A stretch of 64,000 nucleotides of DNA. Source: an uncultured virus (IMG/VR IMGVR_UViG_3300034106_004022) (lineage: Duplodnaviria > Heunggongvirae > Uroviricota > Caudoviricetes). Below are positions 58,138 to 64,000 of the stretch, piece after piece; the stretch's first letter is position 1; each line of letters opens with the position of its first letter. A program made the translations under genes and the position numbers. The stretch spans positions 62,001 through 126,000 of the IMG/VR virus record IMGVR_UViG_3300034106_004022, one strand, 5' to 3'. The notes beneath the pieces are model-generated. The model was not told the origin of the DNA, ran no database searches, and saw nothing but the letters and a program-made list of their open reading frames with translations.

Positions 58138-58172
58138 TTCAAATTGTTAATAACTTTATTGAAAATAATTAG

Positions 58173-58257
58173 AAAAAGGCTTGTTTATCTCAAGTCTTTT
58201 TTGTATATTTGAGTATAAGATTGATAGATAGATTAAATCACTTAAAAAACCCCTAAA
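58173..58257 (+). promoter_or_regulatory. terminator-like hairpin overlapping promoter/leader repeat B, copy 2
   Basis: aaaaaggcttg/caagtcttttt hairpin; CTTG-N20-TATATTTG. Confidence 0.75.
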
Positions 58258-58259
58258 TT

Positions 58260-58484
58260 ATGGCTAAAAGTAAAAAAACGATTGAAGTTAGTACTATGTT
58301 GGATTGGGCTAATGAACAACTAAAACGAACCGATGAGTTCGCTACAGTGGCATTTAAGGCTGGCATTGCCACCACCATTGAAAGAATCCTATTCAATACC
58401 AATAATTACAAAGGATTTGGGTTTATAGACAACGCAGATTCGGATACTGGTACATTAGGTTATTATAGTCGATTTTATTATTAA
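58260..58484 (+). CDS. hypothetical phage protein
   Basis: ORF with its own promoter; ERILFNTNNYKGF. Confidence 0.65.
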   Translation: MAKSKKTIEVSTMLDWANEQLKRTDEFATVAFKAGIATTIERILFNTNNYKGFGFIDNADSDTGTLGYYSRFYY

Positions 58485-58510
58485 AAAAAGCAAAAATAAT
58501 TGGCAAAAAG

Positions 58511-58577
58511 CTTGTTTATATCAGAAATTGTTCGTATATTAGACAGGTAATTGAGAGAGTAATTAATTAAAACCCTA
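58511..58577 (+). repeat. promoter/leader repeat A, copy 2
   Basis: near-identical to 55724-55790. Confidence 0.9.
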
Positions 58578-58589
58578 AAATAAATAAAA

Positions 58590-59798
58590 ATGAAAGATTT
58601 AAAAATTGGATTCGTAGGAAATGAGGTTTACAAAGTAGAAGCTTTTGGTAACTCATTTAAGTTAATTGACACTAAAGGTCAAAAAGTTGGTACAATGGGT
58701 ATCGGAACCGGTACTCGTAAAGATGCATTTGAGCAGGGATTGGCTCTTCAGGCATTCGTTCAAAAGAATGGTAAGAAGGTTTTCCGAAAAGTGGGAATGG
58801 AAGTTTATAATAACTTAGTTTCCCCAATGAATACCGATAATGGTGGTGTTCAATTTGAAGATAAAGGTGACCATAACGCAATCAAAGATTTCATTCACAA
58901 TAGTTCAATTGATTTGAAACCAATTGAATTGGTGATGACACCTCTAAAGTGGAAATACTTAGTTCGTTCAGCTGTTAGAGCTAAAAACATTATGATGACT
59001 GGACCTGCTGGTTGTGGTAAAACAATGGCAGCTAAAGCATTGGTTAAAGCACTTGACCGACCTGATTTCTACTTCAACTTAGGAGCAACGCAAGACCCTC
59101 GTGCTACTTTGATTGGTAATACTCACTTTGATAAAAACAAAGGAACTTTCTTCGCTGAATCGGCATTCGTTAAAGCAATTAAAACTCCAAACGCTGTGAT
59201 TCTATTAGATGAGTTGAGTAGAGCTCACCCTGATGCTTGGAACATTTTGATGACCGTTTTAGATGGTGGACAACGTTACTTACGTTTGGATGAGGCTGAA
59301 GGTTCACCAATTGTTAAAGTGGCTGAAGGTGTTACCTTTATCGCTACCGCTAACATAGGTTCTGAATATACTTCGACTAGGGTAATCGATAGGGCTATCT
59401 TAGACCGTTTCGTAACTATCGAAATGGATGTTCTAAATGATGAGCAGGAATTTGGATTGTTAAAGTTTATGTTCCCTGAGGTTAATGATTATGATTTGAA
59501 AGCAATCGCTGAAATCGCTCACCACACTCGAACTCAATCGATGAGTGATTCTGGTAAAGTTACCGCTATGGTATCGACGAGAGCTAGTGTTGAAATGGCT
59601 GGATTAATTTATGATGGATTCGATTTATTCGAATCAGCTGAAATTTCAATCTTCCCATTCTTCTCTAATGATGGTGGTGTAGATTCTGAAAGAACTTATG
59701 TGAAACAACTGGTTCAAAAATATGTTAAAGATACATCAGCAGAAGCTCTTTTTACCGAACAAAAAGAAGAGTTAGTAGATGAAATCCCAATGTTCTAA
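58590..59798 (+). CDS. MoxR-family AAA+ ATPase (CobS/CbbQ-like)
   Basis: GPAGCGKT, LLDELSRA, ATAN, DRAILDRF, VSTR. Confidence 0.92.
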   Translation: MKDLKIGFVGNEVYKVEAFGNSFKLIDTKGQKVGTMGIGTGTRKDAFEQGLALQAFVQKNGKKVFRKVGMEVYNNLVSPMNTDNGGVQFEDKGDHNAIKDFIHNSSIDLKPIELVMTPLKWKYLVRSAVRAKNIMMTGPAGCGKTMAAKALVKALDRPDFYFNLGATQDPRATLIGNTHFDKNKGTFFAESAFVKAIKTPNAVILLDELSRAHPDAWNILMTVLDGGQRYLRLDEAEGSPIVKVAEGVTFIATANIGSEYTSTRVIDRAILDRFVTIEMDVLNDEQEFGLLKFMFPEVNDYDLKAIAEIAHHTRTQSMSDSGKVTAMVSTRASVEMAGLIYDGFDLFESAEISIFPFFSNDGGVDSERTYVKQLVQKYVKDTSAEALFTEQKEELVDEIPMF

Positions 59799-59816
59799 GG
59801 TTAATCAATTATAAAT

Positions 59817-59846
59817 GAGATGGGGGGTAATACCCCCCTGAATCTC
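59817..59846 (+). terminator. GC-rich hairpin (terminator or stability element)
   Basis: gagat-gggggg-taata-cccccc-tga-atctc; no clear T-run. Confidence 0.55.
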
Positions 59847-59870
59847 TAAATTCAAAAAAAAAGATTAACT

Positions 59871-60206
59871 ATGAAAATACTCCAAACAATAGATTGGAAA
59901 ATGCGAAAGTTCAATTTAAATATAAAATTACTTAATATATACATCAACGGACCTTATGAACAATGGGGTGTTGAAATTCTGAAAATAACAAAGGGATTGC
60001 ATTCTTATTATTTATTTAAATTTTTATGTTTCTTACCAAATTACACAAACCGATTTAGATTTAGATGGGAGGGTGATTTGTTCTTTTTAAGGAATACTTT
60101 AGCAAAGCAATTGGATGAGTTGCAAGACCACAAAGTATGGTCACCTCGAACATTCAATAAATTCCACAAAATAAAATACAATGTATTAAAATTCATATTA
60201 CGATGA
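59871..60206 (+). CDS. hypothetical protein
   Basis: ORF overlapping ligase start. Confidence 0.55.
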   Translation: MKILQTIDWKMRKFNLNIKLLNIYINGPYEQWGVEILKITKGLHSYYLFKFLCFLPNYTNRFRFRWEGDLFFLRNTLAKQLDELQDHKVWSPRTFNKFHKIKYNVLKFILR

Positions 60207-61297
60207 AATTAGAAACGATTTACAAAAAAACTAAGACAGGTGCAACTCAAGAGTGGACAATTGAAGTATCCGATAATAAATACAGAACTCATAGTGGACA
60301 ATGTGGTGGAGTAATTACCACAAACACATGGACAGTTGTGTATGGTAAAAATGAAGGTAAAGCAAATGGTACTACTGATAACGAACAAGCTCTTAAAGAA
60401 GCAATAGCTAAGAGAACTAAAAAGTTAGAGAGTGGTTATTTTGAAAGTATTAATAACATTGATACTAAACAATACTTTGAACCTATGTTGGCGGCCAAGT
60501 GGGAAGATTACAAAGATAAAATTGAATACCCAATATTCTCTCAACCAAAATTAGATGGTATCCGATGTATCCTTACCAAAGATGGTATGTTTAGTAGGAA
60601 TGGTAAACCAATTGTATCAGCACCTCACATTTTTGAATCAATGAAATATTTGTTTGATGAGAATCCAAATCTAATATTTGATGGAGAATTGTACGCTGAT
60701 AAGTTCGCTAATGATTTCAATAAGATTGTATCGTTGGTGAAAAAAACAAAGCCAACTCCATCTGATTTAGAGGAATGTAAAAAAGTAATCAAATACCATA
60801 TCTATGATTTCCCATCACATGGTGGTGAATTTGTTGAAAGATTCAAAGCATTGTATGGTGTTAAGTTACCATCTACTTGTGAGTTTGTAACAACCCACCC
60901 TGTTAGGGATGAGGCTGGTGTTATGGATTTGTATGGTAAATATGTTGAGCAGGGTTATGAGGGGCAAATGCTTCGTACTGGTGGACTTTATGAGAATAAA
61001 CGAAGTAAGTACCTTTTGAAGCATAAATCCTTTGTAGATGAGGAATATACGATTTTAGATATATGTGAAGGTGAGGGTAACCGAACCGGCACTTGTGGAT
61101 ATATGGTATTTAATACCAAAGATGGAAAGCGATTCAAATCAAATGTAAAGGGGACATTTGCTGAAACAGCTGAGATTTTAGAAAACAAAGATTCCTTGAT
61201 AGGTAAAGAAGCAACTGTTAAGTACTTTAACCTAACACCGGATGGAATTCCCCGATTTCCTTATGTTATAAAAATAAATAGAAATGAGTATGAGTAA
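60203..61297 (+). CDS. ATP-dependent DNA ligase with N-terminal WGR-like domain
   Basis: PMLA, QPKLDGIRC, FDGELY, EGQMLR, KRS..LLK, PRFP. Confidence 0.93.
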   Translation: MKLETIYKKTKTGATQEWTIEVSDNKYRTHSGQCGGVITTNTWTVVYGKNEGKANGTTDNEQALKEAIAKRTKKLESGYFESINNIDTKQYFEPMLAAKWEDYKDKIEYPIFSQPKLDGIRCILTKDGMFSRNGKPIVSAPHIFESMKYLFDENPNLIFDGELYADKFANDFNKIVSLVKKTKPTPSDLEECKKVIKYHIYDFPSHGGEFVERFKALYGVKLPSTCEFVTTHPVRDEAGVMDLYGKYVEQGYEGQMLRTGGLYENKRSKYLLKHKSFVDEEYTILDICEGEGNRTGTCGYMVFNTKDGKRFKSNVKGTFAETAEILENKDSLIGKEATVKYFNLTPDGIPRFPYVIKINRNEYE

Positions 61298-61430
61298 AGA
61301 CACCAAAGATTGGATGGAAAAGTTAGTAAAGAACTATCGAATTCCATTGGAAGAGGACAAATCCAAAAAACAAGAACCAAAGAAACTATTGAAAGAATCA
61401 CAATTAAAAAAGATTTTGGAAAGAAATTAG
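61290..61430 (+). CDS. small hypothetical protein
   Basis: ORF read by eye, MSKDTKDWMEK... Confidence 0.5.
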   Translation: MSKDTKDWMEKLVKNYRIPLEEDKSKKQEPKKLLKESQLKKILERN

Positions 61431-61458
61431 GTTATTTGAATTATTTTTTGTATATTTG
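61427..61458 (+). promoter_or_regulatory. Bacteroidetes-type promoter
   Basis: TTAG-N20-TATATTTG. Confidence 0.7.
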
Positions 61459-61462
61459 AAAT

Positions 61463-61768
61463 ATGAATTACTATAATATACAAGCATTCGTAAAAAAGAT
61501 AAAGATGAAAACATTCAAAGATTTAGAATTTAAACCACATACTGCCGGAATGGGAGGTGTGATGAGTCGTATCATATTTGAAAATGGATATGGTGCTAGT
61601 GTAGTTAAGACCCCATATACCTATGGTGGTGATAGGGGAAAATATGAATTAGCAGTATTAGGTACTGATGGTGATTTGACATATGATACTCCAATTACAG
61701 ATGATGTTATTGGGTATTTATCAGAAACAGAAGTTACTGATATATTAGAACAAATCCAAAAATTGTAA
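61463..61768 (+). CDS. conserved phage hypothetical protein (alternative start 61505)
   Basis: FENGYGASVV...YELAVL...TDDVIGYL. Confidence 0.7.
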   Translation: MNYYNIQAFVKKIKMKTFKDLEFKPHTAGMGGVMSRIIFENGYGASVVKTPYTYGGDRGKYELAVLGTDGDLTYDTPITDDVIGYLSETEVTDILEQIQKL

Positions 61769-61769
61769 T

Positions 61770-62231
61770 ATGGCATATAATAAATTCCGTTGGTACACAT
61801 CTAAACTTAGAAAGAAGCCACTACCAAAATCAGCTCCATTACTCCGAAGGATTCAAAATGGTGATTTTGAAGTTTCACCTTATTTTGATGAGGCAAAGTA
61901 TAATAGAGAACTTGCGATTGAAGCTTATGAATTGACTAAAAAGAATGCACTTATTTCAGACCCAGCTCAATTAGAGATGGAGGCATTGTATGCTGGTAGA
62001 ATTAAAAGAGTAAAAGCTCTTAAGTTAGATGAAGTAGGTAATACTGATGAGAATAAACGATTGCGAGAATTACAAAGAGCATTAGCCGAAGAATTCGAAA
62101 AGGATTTATGGGAGAAGGCTATGGAAAGAAAGCGGGGTAAGGGTACTACTGAAGATTTATATTGGTGGTATAAAAAACAATGTAAGCTTGGTTACACTAA
62201 ATCAGAATTACAAATTAGAGGAATCATATGA
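61770..62231 (+). CDS. hypothetical protein
   Basis: ORF; LLRRIQNGDF. Confidence 0.6.
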   Translation: MAYNKFRWYTSKLRKKPLPKSAPLLRRIQNGDFEVSPYFDEAKYNRELAIEAYELTKKNALISDPAQLEMEALYAGRIKRVKALKLDEVGNTDENKRLRELQRALAEEFEKDLWEKAMERKRGKGTTEDLYWWYKKQCKLGYTKSELQIRGII

Positions 62232-62404
62232 AAGAAGCATACTTTAAAGTACTAAATACAATTAAAACTGCACAATACGCTGCAATGGCAAATGGAAGTG
62301 TGAAAAAATTAATAAATAATTTTAGTAATATGTATGATGACAAGGATTTAATTGAATCTTTGGATACTATTTATAATGAAAAACTAAAAGAATATCAACT
62401 ATAA
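62228..62404 (+). CDS. small hypothetical protein (58 aa)
   Basis: ATGA overlap with the upstream gene. Confidence 0.55.
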   Translation: MKEAYFKVLNTIKTAQYAAMANGSVKKLINNFSNMYDDKDLIESLDTIYNEKLKEYQL

Positions 62405-62415
62405 TACTTATTGAT

Positions 62416-62691
62416 ATGGAAATGATTAAAAGCAGATACGGATTAGAGAGAGTTATCGAAAAATTAGATACCAATAGACTTAGGATTACTGGGGAATCTC
62501 AATTTCAAAGAACATCAACAAATGATTCCGGTGAAACGGTAATGTTTGACTTTGAAGGTGGACCGGTATTATCGGTAGGAGGAGTACTTAATTTTCAAAA
62601 ATCAAAATGGATTATAACATCAATCACACCAATTGATTCAAAGTACGAAGGATTGGTAGAATGCATTGTAGGGGTTAAATTATCTTATTAG
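62416..62691 (+). CDS. hypothetical protein
   Basis: SRYG...DFEGGP. Confidence 0.6.
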   Translation: MEMIKSRYGLERVIEKLDTNRLRITGESQFQRTSTNDSGETVMFDFEGGPVLSVGGVLNFQKSKWIITSITPIDSKYEGLVECIVGVKLSY

Positions 62692-62702
62692 GAGAATAGA
62701 TT

Positions 62703-62897
62703 ATGTTTGGTTTACTATCAGAGGCAGAAGTACAAGACCCACTTATCACTAAAAAGATATTGGAATCACTTACAGCGGCCCAAAACAAAATGTTGAACGA
62801 TGGTAGACTTCTAATCAACCCTATAACAGGGGATACAATAGTACCCATTCGGGTATCACAAAATCAAATAGCAAAAATTGTAATTAATATATTTTAA
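62703..62897 (+). CDS. hypothetical protein
   Basis: ORF with AGGAG upstream. Confidence 0.55.
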   Translation: MFGLLSEAEVQDPLITKKILESLTAAQNKMLNDGRLLINPITGDTIVPIRVSQNQIAKIVINIF

Positions 62898-62898
62898 G

Positions 62899-63009
62899 AT
62901 GGAAATCAAATATCCAACTTTTAAGTATTTTAATGAAGAGTGGAATAACGAACCCCACACCGATGATGAGTATGGAGATACGCATGTAGATGGTGTAGAT
63001 GAAATTTAG
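62899..63009 (+). CDS. small acidic peptide (36 aa)
   Basis: ORF read by eye. Confidence 0.4.
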   Translation: MEIKYPTFKYFNEEWNNEPHTDDEYGDTHVDGVDEI

Positions 63010-63017
63010 TTATTGGG

Positions 63018-63079
63018 ATTAAGGGGATACCTCCTTTTCATCGATTCGGTGGGGGGTGAGTCGCAACCTTAATTTTTTT
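63018..63079 (+). terminator. long GC-rich hairpin followed by T7
   Basis: attaagg/ccttaat, acctcc/gggggt and catcg/cggtg stems. Confidence 0.55.
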
Positions 63080-63146
63080 GATAGTTTTGTTATATTTATA
63101 CTTATATTTGAATATTACATTTAGCTATCCTTACACTTATTACTAT

Positions 63147-63365
63147 ATGAATAACTCCGCACATCCGAATCCACAACGTAGTAGATTAGAAAGATTTATA
63201 TACGAAATACAAAGCCGCTTGGGAATACAACCAAAATGGGAAAGGGATTTACTTCAAACCGATGAGAAGTTAAAGACGTATAAGGAGTTTAAGGATAAGG
63301 GGATATGTAGTACATTGTATTACTTAAGAATAAATTTTTTAAAAGGATGGACAATAAAATTATAG
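63147..63365 (+). CDS. hypothetical protein (start corrected)
   Basis: ATG 63147 lies downstream of promoter-like motifs. Confidence 0.5.
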   Translation: MNNSAHPNPQRSRLERFIYEIQSRLGIQPKWERDLLQTDEKLKTYKEFKDKGICSTLYYLRINFLKGWTIKL

Positions 63366-63556
63366 AGTTAATCAACAAATACCCAAACGATGCTGAGTTG
63401 GGAAATGTTATCCGTAGAGCGTATTGGAGAGAATCCACAACTGGGGAGAAAATCTTTGAATCCCCGGATAAGGGAAAAACGATATACTCCCGTCAAAGTG
63501 GTGAAACCGAACGAACTTTAGTAGATAGGCAGATGGAGATACCATATGAGGGATAA
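63347..63556 (+). CDS. hypothetical phage protein
   Basis: KYPNDAELG and IFESPDKGKTIYSR motifs. Confidence 0.6.
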   Translation: MDNKIIELINKYPNDAELGNVIRRAYWRESTTGEKIFESPDKGKTIYSRQSGETERTLVDRQMEIPYEG

Positions 63557-63684
63557 ACTAAAAAGGTTTTGGAAGAGGTTAGTATCTCTTACATTAGAAG
63601 CTGGGGAAGGGATATGGGAAGCAACCAAAAATGGAAATTATCCATATTTATAGGGGAGTTAAGTAACAACCCAATTTCGAGTCT

Positions 63685-64000
63685 ATGTACAAAGTAAGAG
63701 GATATCAAAAACCGGAGGATTCGTTCCACACTATTGGAGAGTGGGAACGTATCTCTAAGCGTTTTTTAGACCTACAAAAGGGTGGTTCCGATACTAGGGG
63801 TGGGGTTTTACCTACGGACCCGAAGATGATGGAACTTATAGATACTTATTTTGGATATCAACTATGGGTTGAAACCGATTTGTATGGGGATTTGACCAAG
63901 AAAAACGTTTTAGACTTTATTGAAGATTTTGTAAACCATAGGATATGGGGAATCAGAGATGAGTTTGGGGATTATATAAAGAACATAAACAATGATAGGA
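63685..64000 (+). CDS. hypothetical protein, 3'-truncated by window end
   Basis: open frame from ATG 63685 to the end of the window. Confidence 0.55.
   Translation, partial: MYKVRGYQKPEDSFHTIGEWERISKRFLDLQKGGSDTRGGVLPTDPKMMELIDTYFGYQLWVETDLYGDLTKKNVLDFIEDFVNHRIWGIRDEFGDYIKNINNDR

Noticed and set aside
58145..58153. DnaA-box-like TGTTAATAA / replication origin
   Set aside because: Single degenerate copy in AT-rich DNA; insufficient support.
54804..59798. Cyanophage identity or cobalamin synthesis (cpeT, cobS/cobT)
   Set aside because: Promoters and host-like genes point to Bacteroidota; no photosynthesis or other cob genes.
4524..61188. Minus-strand and alternate-frame ORFs in the track (e.g. 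4524-4745, 9914-10291, 23214-23639, 42821-43273)
   Set aside because: They overlap well-supported + strand genes and show no motifs or promoters; shadow ORFs.
1..64000. CRISPR array, tRNA or rRNA genes
   Set aside because: No repeat-spacer array or cloverleaf seen; intergenic gaps are short and explained by promoters, terminators or small ORFs. tRNAscan was not run.
1..64000. Stop-codon recoding, introns or inteins
   Set aside because: Core genes (PolB, NrdA, NrdB, RecA, DnaB, ligase) are uninterrupted and of normal length in the standard code, and TAG ends several tightly packed genes.

Overview
This is a 64-kb AT-rich, gene-dense segment of a large dsDNA bacteriophage, with essentially all real genes on the + strand. 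The host is very probably a Bacteroidota member: about 19 promoters match the Bacteroidetes TTTG-N19/20-TAnnTTTG consensus, leaders are A-rich without Shine-Dalgarno sequences, and the phage carries bS21, Hc1-like and DUF4494 genes. Gene order: (1) secreted lectin and lysin genes; (2) a T4-like replication/nucleotide module (SSB, RecA/UvsX, 5'-3' exonuclease, DnaB, NrdB/NrdA, thioredoxin, PolB, clamp, clamp loaders, PD-(D/E)XK nuclease) interleaved with putative DNA-modification genes (two Mom-like GNATs, a DUF4338/DruA-like protein, a DUF262-HNH nuclease, a GT-B glycosyltransferase, a SET protein and a histone-like protein); (3) a ~15-kb glycan-biosynthesis island; (4) putative late/virion genes with bS21 and a Ser-rich fibre; (5) a second small glycan cluster; (6) a repeat-flanked region with a VWA/MoxR pair, DNA ligase and small ORFs. 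The most striking unexplained signal is a pair of perfect, mutually covarying H-type RNA pseudoknots (15014-15085) that fill the leader between a promoter and the DUF262-HNH nuclease gene. This layout resembles type III toxin-antitoxin antitoxin RNAs but is paired with a different protein family. All protein calls come from motif recognition by eye, not database searches.
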